Shown in pieces: positions 31,199 through 42,729 of a DNA stretch of 64,000 nt. The stretch lies in the NCBI GenBank assembly GCA_963786955.1, contig CAWBAT010000005.1, positions 928,001 to 992,000 on the forward strand, written 5' to 3'. The stretch comes from an uncultured Acidimicrobiia bacterium (GTDB lineage Bacteria > Acidobacteriota > Terriglobia > Versatilivoradales > Versatilivoraceae). A model generated the notes under the pieces. That model did no database searches and was not told where the DNA came from. It was given only the letters and a program-made list of their open reading frames with translations. Positions within the stretch are counted from its first letter, which is position 1. Each line of letters starts with the position of its first letter. A program made the position numbers and the translations under genes.

Positions 31199-32228
31199 TC
31201 AACGGAGGAAGATCGCAGAGGTGGCGGTCTCTTTGCCGCCTGGAGTTGTGGTTTTAAAGCCAAAACGTTCTGGGGAACGGCCAATGAGAATGGCTGCCAT
31301 GAGGCGGGCAAGATGATTTCGAGTGAGGGCGGGCAAAACGTGTGTTCGATAGAGATACCAGAAATCACGCCGTTTTGAGAGATCTTCAATTTGCCGGGCT
31401 CGCAACTTAGCCGGCCTGGCCCCATATTGTAGGCAGCCAAAACGAGTATCAGAGAGCATTCCTGCCCCAGTTCGTGCCTCAGTCGCAAGAGATAACGGCA
31501 GGCAGCTTGAGTTGATTTTAGAGAATCCAGCCGTTCATCTACTTTTTCATTCACCTTAAGACCGTATCGCCTGGCGGTGTCTTGGGTGAATTGCCATAGT
31601 CCGGCATTATCATCGGGGCTCATTTCGCCCTCTCGGAAATGACTTTCTACTAAAGTGAGAAATGCTAGATCGGGAGGAAGATGGGCTCTAGCCACCTGCT
31701 GGCCCACAAGTTCGAAGTCCCGGTGCCGCGGCCCTAAGACTCGTTCGATGTCATCTCGGTCGCGAGTCTGGTACAGACGCACCCGGCGACGCACTTTCTT
31801 TACAAAATCAATCGGGATGCCTTGGGCAGAAACTCCAAAATCAGTCAGCAACAATTTTAGCTCACTTTCCAGGAAGTCGCCTTTAGCTTGAGAAGCGTTG
31901 ATCGGGGTCGGAGATTTGTCATCGGCCCGATGATCAGGGCTGCCGGCCAGTACCCAATTGGCGCTGGGTTAACATCAGTCCGGCCAACAATCCGGCAGGA
32001 ACGAATCCAGTTCTCGTGTTCAGTCGGCGGTAAAGCATGGCCAACATCGTTCTCCTCCTTGGAATCCCCTTGGGAGGGGGAAGAAGTCTTCGCCTTCAAG
32101 AGCAGGTACTTTCCGAGTTGAACCACTCTCCTAAACTTGGGACTCGCTTCATATCTGTCGTGACTAAGAACAAATATTCTGCTCTCCTCGCCAATGAGAG
32201 AGGAGGGAAAGCTGCAAATTTGCGGCAC
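31199..32228 (-). CDS. Lytic transglycosylase (MltD-like SLT domain), frameshifted; 5' boundary uncertain
   Basis: LVESHF (catalytic Glu), AGLWQFTQDTARRYGL, VDERLD, AAYNMGPG. The C-terminus continues in the 31199..31459 frame (DFWYLYR...LPALTRNHLARLMAA). Confidence 0.7.
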
Positions 32229-32282
32229 GAAAGTTAGGGCTGGCAGAGCCCAGAGCGGGGAGTCAACGGGTGGGAGACTGCT

Positions 32283-32492
32283 TCAGGACATTCGGGTTAT
32301 TTGCCCCGTTTCCTGTCGCACCTTGCTGAAGTAATCTTGAGAGCTTATTTCTTTGAACCAGCCTTCTCGCGATTTCTCCCGGTATACGATCCGGTCTATC
32401 TTGTACTCAGGAATCATCTCGTGGATCTGGAACAACTGTTTGCCACTGGACTTATCCTCATAAGACTCAATGATCTCAATTTGGTCCTTCAT
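32283..32492 (-). CDS. Small hypothetical protein (69 aa)
   Basis: ATG start with purine-rich RBS and protein-like composition; no family recognised. Confidence 0.45.
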   Translation of the reverse strand: MKDQIEIIESYEDKSSGKQLFQIHEMIPEYKIDRIVYREKSREGWFKEISSQDYFSKVRQETGQITRMS

Positions 32493-33137
32493 GAAACGCC
32501 TTCTCTCTTTGCAGAACTATCCTCGGGACTGTCAAGCTATCCCAGGACCTTCCTCTTGGAGGGGAAGCCATACCAAACCGAATAGCAAGTAATAGACCAG
32601 TTGCGCAATTCGAACTGATATTGTGGAGTAACTGTTGTCATGTACCTTGTAAACCATTGAAAATATTAGAAGAATACAAACTCGAAAGGGGAGGAGATAA
32701 GAGGAGACCACGGCGTGCCCGGAGAGACTGGTGGAACGTGTCCGAAATTTCAGAAACAGTTTTGAATTGCACTTGCAATCTCTGATCGACAACCGAGTAA
32801 GGCTCCGGTCTGAGCCGTAAGCTGTACGCGGCCCTCGAAGGACTGGCGTTGGAATTCCGCCCGAGCCGCTTAAATTCGGGAGAAACCCGAACTCCTTATA
32901 GAGTTCCTAAGTGAAAACCCTCCTCAACGCGCGGAAGAAATTCCTCTTTTCAGCTGGCCAATGGGCATCAGCGAGCGGGGTTCATATATCTCCTGCAAGG
33001 CTGGTTCTGCGGAACTGGGATGGAGAAACGGCCTCCCGTTTATGTGCTGCCTAGAAAGGCAGGGGAACACAAGAGGAACCACACTCCCCCTTTCTGCCCT
33101 CTTTGAAAAAGGAGGGAAGCTGGAAGTCATAAGCGTA

Positions 33138-34394
33138 TTAATCCAACAGCTTTTCCAACTTCCCAAAAAGAAGAAAGAATCCTATTCCCAACCAACTCAC
33201 CGCTGCGCTTATCCAGAAACGCGCTGTCCCAACCGCTGATTTTCACCGCATAGCCAACAATTACCGGAACCAGTACTCCAGCAAAGTTGGCGAAGCAGTT
33301 TTGGACCCCACCCACAGTCCCGGCATATCGGGGAGCTAACTCTGTCGATCCGCTTGTGTAAATGGAAATGACCGAAGTGAAGAGACTCATCGATACGCAT
33401 AACAGAATGACTGTCCCAATGGGACTCGAAACGCGCGGGACAAAAAGGAGTATACCCGTAGCGCAAATAAAGGGGATCAGAAAAGCCTTTCGAACCCGAA
33501 TGCGGTTTCTCGTCTTACTCAAGTGATCAATGAGCACTGCCCAAATGTTAGAACTCAAGAGTGCAGACACAAAAGGAAGGGTAGAACCAATCGTCATGTT
33601 GGCTAAGGAAAAGTGACGCTCCATCATCAAGTAGGAAGGCAACCAGGAAACTATCACATAGAGAAACCAATTGGCGGAGAAATGGAGCATGAGGACTGCC
33701 CAAAAAGGGCGTAATTGAAAAAGTTTTAGCCAGGGGACTTTCTCGACTGCCGGCAACGATGGCCTGGCGGAGAGAATAGGTTCAGTTCAGACTGGCCAAT
33801 GGAAGGCGAAGTTCTCGGGTTTGTCGCTGACTCCTTACAGCCAAAAGGGAAGCCAGAGCCAGCCGAGAACGGCAAAGATGAAGAATACCGAACGCCATCC
33901 GAAGGCATGCAACAAGCGCCGACGCCAGAGGGAAGGCTAGAATCGGGCCTGCAAAACCGCCACTGTAGCAAAATCCGAAAGCGCGCGAGTATTCCTGGCG
34001 GGGAAACCAGTTCACTAAGGACCGATTGATAGACGGGATGGTACCGCTCTGTCCAGCTCCCATAATGGCCCGCATGCCCGTTAACCCGGCCATCGACCTT
34101 GATAATGGAGTCGAAGGCAGTGAAAATCGACCACCACGCCACGCTAGCAGCAAAGACCCGTTTGGGGCCGAAATGGTCCACTAGCCTGCCTGCCGGGATC
34201 ATGAAGATCGTGTACCCCATGAAAAAACCGGAAAGCGCCCATCCCATTTGCGCCGTATCCCAATGGTATTCTTGCATGATCAGCGGAGCCGTTACCGATA
34301 GGTTTACTCGATCACAATAAGCAATCACCATCGCCACGAAGGACAGAAGGCAAATATCAATTCGTTTGGGCCAGGGGATCCAGCGTCTTGTCAA
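33138..34394 (-). CDS. MFS transporter, anion:cation symporter (ACS)-like, several frameshifts
   Basis: AYCDRVNLSV, GRLVDHFGPKR, NWFPRQE, SWLPSYL, ELAPRYAGTVGGVQN across three frames. Confidence 0.8.
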
Positions 34395-34998
34395 AGCGGT
34401 CCGAATGTTGAGGCGTAAGAGACATAGAAGTGACTATACCAAGTTAAAGATTCGGAGAGTTGTTCCTGTCCGCGACATGATGATCGATGAAACGCGGCAG
34501 TGCAATGTGGAAAGCGAGCCTCGTCTTTTAGCCTTTCCCCGCGATGCCTTGGGTAACGTATTGGACAAAATAAGGATTGCAACCCAAAGGACTGCTCACC
34601 AGGTATCAGTTGGTCGTGCTTAGAATTCTTGGGGCCATATTTCGAGCCTTTTCCACCCAAGCGCCTGGTGTCGAAAAGATGTAGTAACGACTTCATCGTT
34701 GCTGATCTGGCTGAAAAGAAACGACTGAAGGCCACTAGAACCGTCAACAAGCCTGCGCATCAATTCTTTCAATCGCTCGGGCGAAGGACTCGAATAACGG
34801 ATCAGCACCAGTCTAACGAATCCATTAGTGAAATGCCCCTATGGTTGTGGTATGATACTGTTGTGTTTTTGGCTCTTATTCATCCATCCGATTTGATTAA
34901 AGGGCTGCAAGAAGAAACTTGTAGCCCTTTTGTTTTGTGACAATGATCGAAAACCAGCCAATGAAATACCATTAAACGATTGAGAAGAGGAGGTTTAG

Positions 34999-35235
34999 AT
35001 GAAGGCTCTCACTCAAGGTCAATACGTAAAGCATTTTCAGTACGGTTGTGGTGTCATCACCGAATCAAACGAAGCCCGCACATCCATTAAGTTTGAGACC
35101 CACGGAATTAAGAAATTTGTCACCAGCATGATGGTCGTAGAGCCAGCCGAACAGATCGCCCCTCCTCCAAAGCGCCCCCGCGCGGCGGCAAAAAAAGGGA
35201 CTGCCACCAAGCGTAAGAAGGCACATGCTTCCTAA
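34999..35235 (+). CDS. Small Tudor/SH3-like protein resembling the UvrD/PcrA C-terminal domain, with a basic tail
   Basis: GAGGAGG RBS; GQYVKHFQYGCGVITE...TSIKFETHGIKKF followed by a Lys/Arg/Pro/Ala-rich tail. Confidence 0.7.
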   Translation: MKALTQGQYVKHFQYGCGVITESNEARTSIKFETHGIKKFVTSMMVVEPAEQIAPPPKRPRAAAKKGTATKRKKAHAS

Positions 35236-35307
35236 TTGTCTCACCAGAAGATATTGAATTAGTGCGATTTCGAGTTCAGCCTTATCCTGCTCACCTGAAC
35301 ATTTCTA

Positions 35308-37832
35308 TTAGGTTTTCTTTCGAGAGCCGTAATTCCCCTGATCGTCTGAATTTATCGGCTTTGGGCTTCGTCCGGCCGAGATCACCCGGTGGACGAGGCC
35401 GTTGTGGCGCAGTGGGCCTGTCAGGTCCTGCTGCTCCATCGCCGCAGGTACAGCCCACAGCATCATGTTCTGATAGTAATCAGCTCCGAATGCCCTTTGT
35501 CCGCTGTCCATTTCCCCCTGGTAGGTATTGGGCTGGTCCCAGGTATAGCCCCATTTCAACGCAAGATTCCCCATAAATCGCTTGAGCAGACTTAGACCAT
35601 AGTCCCCTTGCCCTTCGTACATGAAATTCATCGAAAGGATCATCAGCTCAGGGGAAAAATAGCTGTACGGCCCGTAGCCTTTAATCTTTGCGGGCGTGCC
35701 ATCGGCATGGGCATAATTAACGCAGCCAGACTGGCTAAGACTGCAATTCACCTTTCGGATCATCGCCAGAGTCGTTCCCACCCTGTCCTTGGGAAAAACT
35801 CCCGGGCAGACCATGCCAGTCCGTGATCCATTCTCCTCCCAACTGGTAACCGAATAAGAGATCGGATTTTGTTTGTGTCTCGGGCTCATTGAAATTGAGA
35901 TAGAACTGGCCCGACCAAAGTTTCTCCTCAAGTGCTTTGACCCCGGCTTCCAGCCACGCATTGCATTTTCCCACGAACTCATGGTCCTGCATCTTCTCTG
36001 CCATTCGCCGTAAGATCATGACCTGCGCCATTCGCACCCCCCCTGCATGGGTTACATATCCTTTCCATCCAGGATCAGGAGCCTCAAACCATTCAGTGTC
36101 CCCCAAGGGAAATGAATCCGTACCTCTTGGCCGGCATCGCCATGATTTGTGAGAGTCCGTAAGAGGGACGAAGATTCAGGGAATAATCGTTGGCCCGTTT
36201 CAGCGAGACCCAAAATTCATGGAGAAATGTATCGTCAGCGGTAACACGCCAATACCGGTCGGCCATAGCAATGTAAGCAGCACTATTGAGTACAGCTTGG
36301 TACCCACGAACAGGTTTCCCGAGATCGTACGGAATATTTCCGACGCCGTGGGTTGTATCTCCGGTGCCGAAGACCCAGGGAGGACGACCATCCGAAAACT
36401 GATATTTCTTGTAGGCTCGCAAAGTGGAAAGGGCGGCATCCCGGAAAAAGTATACCAATGGAATGTTTCCGTAGAAGCTACAGGGAATACATTCGATCTG
36501 GGGTGATCCACGAGGACACTCATTCAACCCAAAAACCCCGTCTTTCCCGGACCACTCAATAGGCGGTTTGGCTTGACCCCACACGGCATCCTCGGTGATG
36601 AGATGAAGGATGTTGATCAGGGCATCCCCAAGCCAACCGGGGATGGCAGGATCCGAGTAGATGGCTTCTTGCCAGGCAATCACCCGACTGAGAATTGGCG
36701 TATGATCCTTCGCCAGAAACCCGGCCACAGCTTTCGCACTTGGGTAATACTTGGCATACATGTGTGTAAAATCAGTTGTCGCATCATGGGATGGAGCCCC
36801 GCCTGATTTCCACTGGGGTGCAAACCAAGCAAAAATGAGCTGAACCGTTTTATTTTGGCCGGATGCCAGGTTGAAATCCAGTGCGAGTGATGTACCTGTC
36901 TCCTTGGAGTCTGCTTCTGGCAAAGACCGCCCCATCTCTTTCCATGCTTTACCCATATTATTCAGGGGTCCGCCTAAACGAACCATTGCCGGATCACGGG
37001 TTGCCAAAACGTAGCTCATCTCCCATTGGGTCTCATGGTAAGGACTGCTCACAGCAACTCCATTGAGCACGCCTTTCAATATCTCCCGAATCATCGGGGC
37101 TGCCTTCCCCTGGGGAGTTTCGAACCCCGGAAAGTTGAAAGCCAAAGTCCCTTTCTGGTATACCTTGCTGGTATTGCGTAGATTAATTTCAAAGAAAATG
37201 CCCGGGATCATAGAAACAACCGTGTCGCCAGGAATAAAGGGTGTCCATGCCCGCATGCCGACACTCACAGGAGCGGAAGTCTGGTACTCCATGTCGAGAA
37301 TAGGGTAGTGGCCCCAGTAGTCAATGGACTGCGCCAATTCAACTCCTTCCAGGCCAATATCAAAATACTGAGGAGAGTAATCGGTTGGCGGGAAAAGTGA
37401 CGCCGTAGCTGGGAGTCGGAGTATATTTCTTGCCCAGACTGTTTGTGACTAGCACCCATGTCTTCCCTCCTACACTCAATCCGAGAAAAGGCTGGTTCAC
37501 AATCAGACGAGGGTTTAGCAGGTGATTAAAAATGGTCGAGTATCCCAGCATGCCATTGGGCTCAATATCGACGCATCCTGTGTCGATTCCACCGAGCGGC
37601 ATTCCGCAAGTAGGGCGGGGTTCCCCACGATAGATGACCCCGTGACCGGACGGGCGTAACCTCTTGCAGGAAACTTCTGCCAGCTCGCGTGCAGGAGATG
37701 GGGCGGAAATAGCCGGTCGTCCTGTCCTGTCTTTGGTCCGGCAAGCGGGTTCAAAGTTACTGACAGGAGAAATGTGACCATCGAAAACAAAACTGGGACT
37801 TTCAAGACTTTCCGTTTTCTAAAGGGAGACAT
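35308..37832 (-). CDS. GH116-like glycoside hydrolase (beta-glucosidase/glucosylceramidase), secreted, several frameshifts
   Basis: Signal-like N-terminus, MPLGGIDTG, WGHYPILD, AWTPFIPGD, FGLNECP, LWSGQFY, YQLGGEW and DYYQNMMLWAV across five ORFs. Confidence 0.75.
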
Positions 37833-37935
37833 GTTTTCCTCACGGTGGAGAATGAAGACTCAATGAATTCGGTCACAGGATCAGGCCAAAGATGGGATAG
37901 GAAACCAAAGGGTTTACGATTTTAAACCTTTGACA

Positions 37936-39076
37936 TCAGACCACTGGCTGTTGCTGGGTGAGACAGTGCAGGGTTCCCAGCCCCCACACGAGGTCGACAC
38001 TGTGGATACCGATCACCTCCCGATCCGGAAACAACCCGGCCAGGATGGCAAGCGCGATGCGGTCGTGAGGATCATTGAAAGTGGGGACCAGAACCACACG
38101 ATTGCCGATATAGAAATTTGCGTAGCTGGCTGGGAGGCGCCGTCCATCGAAAACCAAGGGTTTGGGCATAGGCAAGAGAATCACCTGGAGCGGATTGCCA
38201 TCTTGATCCGTCATGGTCTTGAGCAACTCAACATTTTCACTTAGAGGCTCATAGTTTTCGTCTGATCGGTCTTCCTCTCTAACCACGACAACTGTATCGG
38301 GTTTGACGAATCGAGCCAGGTCATCGACATGACCATGGGTATCGTCTCCAGCGATTCCGCGCCGGAGCCAGAGAACTTTCGTGATCCCAAGATAGTCAGA
38401 AAAAATTTTCTCCATGTCATTCTTGCCCAGTCCAGGATTGCGTTGCTGGACAAGGCTGAGCAAACATTCTTCAGTCGTCAGTAGCGTCCCTCGGCCGTTG
38501 ACATCGATGCTCCCTCCCTCCAAAACTATGCGCAATTGTTTGTTTCGCTTTAACCACGAAGGGTTCGCAGGACTTTAATCCGAGTCTCTTCAAGATTTTG
38601 GCAGCCGCCGCATTATCCTTCTTCCAATTCGAATACTTTGCCCAGGCGTTAAACTTCCAGTTCGTGGCCGCAAGTTCGGCTCCCCCTAAGGTTTCGCGTT
38701 TGACAAATAAAGGTCCGTAGTCTCTCGTCCAAACTCGATCGGTAGGGCAGACCACAAAGTCAACCTGGCTCAATTCGACTCCAACCTTTTGCAAGAGTCG
38801 CCCCACCCGCCGTTCCTGCAATCCGATCCTGAATCAGGATTCCGACACGTTCTCACAGATGTAAATGGCGAACAATTTCAGCGTAAACCCATGGAATGGA
38901 GTAAATTTCCCGGGCCAATCTTCTTTGTTGTGTGGCCAGGCAATCCAGGTGGCATGGTGGGGCTCCCATTCGGCGGGCAGGCGAAAATCAAAAGAAGGTA
39001 AGAGACCATTCGATCGTCGCTTGCTAGTCGCCGATTGTGGATCTGCCGGTATTATTTCCAGGACTCGATTTTCCAA
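37936..39076 (-). CDS. aguA: Agmatine deiminase (frameshifted)
   Basis: LPAEWEPH...WPH...DWPGK, WTRDYGP, FNAWAK, LEGGSIDVNG, DDTHGHVDD, ASYANFY, GTLHCLTQQ. Confidence 0.88.
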
Positions 39077-39145
39077 TTTCCTCTCTCAATCATGGGCGTG
39101 ATTTTGCGAGTTGCGGCTTCCCTTGCAAGTTCCTTCACAACTTTC

Positions 39146-40035
39146 TCAATCGATCAGGCGGCGCACAATGTCTCCATAACTGTCAATTCGGCGGTCCCGC
39201 AAAAAAGGCCAATGGCGTCGCGTGTTCTCCAGATGCCTCCGATTGCATTCGAATATGAGGATTTCTTCGCTGTCCTCAGACGCCTCCCCCAGAACTACTC
39301 CAAATGGGTCACAGGCAAAAGAACTTCCCCAAAATTGTAATCCGGCGGCGGCCGGTCCTTCATGGCCTATACGATTGACGGATGCCACATAAACACCATT
39401 CGCAATCGCGTGAGCCCGTTGAATGGTTCTCCAGGCGTCTCGCTGAGCAACTCCATACTTTTCTTTTTCTGAAGGATGCCAGCCTATTGCAGTGGGATAA
39501 AAGAGGATTTCTGCCCCGCCTAAGGCAGTCAAACGCGCGGCTTCCGGATACCATTGGTCCCAGCAAATCAACACCCCTACCCGGGCATAACGCGTCTGGA
39601 AAGACCGGTAACCCAAATCGCCAGGGGTAAAGTAATATTTCTCATAGATACAATGGGTCATCCGGAATATGCATTTTGCGGTAAGTTCCGAGCAATACTC
39701 CGTCAGCATCCAGCACCGCTGCAGTATTGTGATACAACCCCGCTTCTCGGCGCTCAAACAAAGATGCTACGATGACGACTTGGAGTTCTCTTGCAACCAC
39801 ACCCAGTGCCTCCGTAGTTGGTCCAGGAATCGACTCCGCTAGATTAAAAATTTCAGGATCTTCCGTCTGGCAGAAATACTGAGAGCGAAATAACTCCTGG
39901 AGGCAGATAACGTGGGCACCCCGAGCCGCAGCTTCTCGGATTCGTGATACTGCCTTATCCAGGTTAGTCGCTGTGTCCGTGGCACAAGACATCTGAACTA
40001 GGGCTACAGTAAATGTGGAGGGAGAAGGACTTCAT
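39146..40035 (-). CDS. aguB: N-carbamoylputrescine amidase (carbon-nitrogen hydrolase), frameshifted
   Basis: CLQELF, YRKMHIPDDP/YEKYYFTPGD, ICWDQWYPE catalytic E-K-C triad, PTAIGW, FLRDRRID; adjacent to aguA. Confidence 0.88.
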
Positions 40036-40210
40036 ATGCGGTTGCTCCTCAGGCAGACCCTTTGGATTCAGAGCACCATCTTACAAAATTTTTCTTCGGA
40101 GCCCGATGGAAATTTCGCGGGTGAAAGGAATTGCAGGCGACACGAATGTGCAAATGACTGGGGAAAGGCTGCGGCGAAGTTATCGCATACCACAGGGAGG
40201 AAAGGAGGGT

Positions 40211-42342
40211 TTAAAGATCCTCAAGAGGGTTGTCTTCGTTGATGTGATGACCTACTGGAGCGGAAATTCTCAAGGGCGCAGGAGGGGAGCCGATGGCTTG
40301 TTATGGGCACACTCACCTTCATTTTCGGTTCAAAGGTACTCTCCGAAACCTCTTCAACGTTTATTTCCGTTTCGCCAATATCTCGGTTCTCTTCATCTAA
40401 CAATCGCAACCCTTCCAGAAGCAGGTTGGTGTTACTGTTATTGATGACCATTTCGAATGCCTTGTCGGAGGGTTCGTACTCAAACGTGCCTCCCTTGACT
40501 CCGACCAACGCATAGACCGCTTGCTCACCGACTTTTTTCTCATAGCTCGCATTCACGATTCGACCAGAATTAAAATAGATAGCTCCGCCTTGGCCTTCCG
40601 AACTGATCAACAATTTACCGCTTTTTTGTGCGTTGTCCAAAATTTGAATGACATCCAGCAATCCGAGTTCAGAGAGGTCACCTTTAAGAGCCACATATTC
40701 AGATTGCCCATGACTCTTGGTGTGGGTTGACGTTGGCGATTCGATTCCCGCTGTCCCTTCACGCCGGGCATTCGACAACCCGGGATTCAAGCGCTGAGCC
40801 TCTCGCAGGTAGTGGTTGGCCTCCTCCTTCTGGTTCTGAAGTTGCAAAATCTTGGCGATTTCAAGGCACTCCTGGGCCGCTCGCTTGGGCATTTTCCGGT
40901 CAAAATATAAGGACTTGAGTTTAAGCCGAAGCCGGAGTTCTTTCGGGCAAGTCTTCAAAACATGTTCCAGACGTGCAATGGCGCTGTGATGTTGCCCGAA
41001 TTTCTCAAGAAGTTCGATGTCGACTATGAAATTCTCGACGTCCTCTTCCGTGACGAGAGAGACTTTGGTATCGAAATGGGCGTCTACATTTGCCGTCTGG
41101 TAACCGGAGTCTTCCTCCTCTTCGTCCCGGACTGCAGTTCCGACTTTATCAGCAGACTGTTCTCGGTCCTTGCCCGAGTGCAGACTTTTGATGGATTGAA
41201 ATTTCCTCCGATACTCTTCGTTATAAGGTTCCAGATCCATCAATTTTCGAGTGAGATCCAACGCCCGATCATATTCGCATTTTGTGATGTAGGCATCTGC
41301 GTGCGAAAGAAGGGTTACAGCCAATTGATCGAACTGGAAGGTTAGCCCATAGTAGGCTTCCAGTAACTGATACGCTTCCAGTCTTTGAGGATCAAGTTTG
41401 AGGATTTCTTCCAGTATTTCAGAACATTTCTGTCGGGTTTCCCGGGTCGTCGCTTCGGTGTAGATGCTGGAGATCAATGTCAGAGCCCGTTCGATCCTTC
41501 GATCTGAAACAAGGACTTCCACAAAGGGGAGCACTTTCTCCATGTACTTCTTGTCGATTTTCAGCAACCGCTCATAGAGCTTATCGGCATCGTCTATGCG
41601 CCCGGCTTTGACATAGAGCCGGGCAAGGTACTCCAGTTGGTCCGGTTGTTCCTTGTCGCGCTGCACAGAAGATTGAAGAGCCTCCACTGCTTTTACAATC
41701 TTCCCTTGCTTCTCATAGACCTCGGCGACGAGGGAAAGAGACAGAATGATTGGCCGGATTGAGGAGCCTGATTTTTTCCAGCAGGTCGAGAGCCTCGTCG
41801 TATTTACCTTCTCGTAGAACTTCTTGGGAAATCTTAGAAAGGAACTCCGCGGCCTTTTCCTTGAGCCCTTTGGCCTGGAGGGAATCGGCCAGCCGAATCG
41901 CATAATGCTTGTTGGAAGGTTCCAACACACAAAGTTTTTCAAAATACTCGACCGTTTTTTGAGGGTTTCCTTCACCGCTGGCAATTTCTGCAAGCTCCCG
42001 GATAGCCTGGACAATCTCACTTTTGGAACCGGTCTTCGTGAGAATCTCTAGCATTTTTTCTCGAGCAAGCATGTTCCTGGGAAGAATATCGATGATGCTC
42101 CGATAAACCGCGACCGCTCCCTGCAGATCTCCATTGGAGACAGCATCTGAAGCCACTTTAAATAAATGGCGGCTCGCCCGCTGCATGTCTTTCTTGCTGA
42201 TGTAGAGCTCGGCAATAAGCTCATGGACTTTGGTGTTTGAGAAATCCTCGGCTAGGATCTCCGAATACACTTCTATGGCATCATTAACCTTTCCGTAAGA
42301 GACAAGTTTTTCAGCATGCCGAAGAAGCTTTGCTAGATTCAT
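40211..42342 (-). CDS. TPR-repeat protein with C-terminal DUF4388 (PatA-N-like) domain, frameshifted
   Basis: Long TPR array from MNLAKLLRHAEKL; LKGDLSELGLLDVIQILDNAQKSGKL...GAIYFNSGRIVNA...LLLEGLRLLDE. The alternate frame ends ...NEDNPLEDL at stop 40211. Confidence 0.8.
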
Positions 42343-42729
42343 AAGATTGGTCCGGTCCTCAACCCATTTAAGGGAAGAAGACAAAGATTCCCCTTCCAGG
42401 GGAATCCCCCCCATTACTTATCGTTTTTTGTCCTAGAATCTTGAATTGTAAAGACTAAGGGGAAATGGGTCGGCCCACAAGATTTGTGAATCCGGCCCAT
42501 GTCATTGCTTTCTATGCGGTGGAGACAAGGAAGGCTTTGGCCCCAGTCTTTGAGCTGGAGGGAATTCTGGTGAGATTCGGTTTATTTTAGGCCTGAAACT
42601 ATTTACCTACAACCCCCACTGAAGACGGAGGCGGTTCCGAGGGCTTTTCCGGGACACTGTTCAGTCTTGGGGGCCCCCAATCGGGGTGAAGAAATTGGCG
42701 GGTTCAGGGACTCGCGATGTCTTTATGGA

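Noticed and set aside
32532-33126. Short hairpins (TTCGGG-AGAAA-CCCGAA; GAACTC-CTTATA-GAGTTC) and short ORFs suggesting an ncRNA
   Set aside because: The stems are only 6 bp and mutually overlapping, and no known RNA family signature was recognised.
34391-34940. Overlapping ORFs of 60-120 aa on both strands upstream of the MFS gene
   Set aside because: No recognisable motifs or RBS and conflicting frames; I cannot support a gene call.
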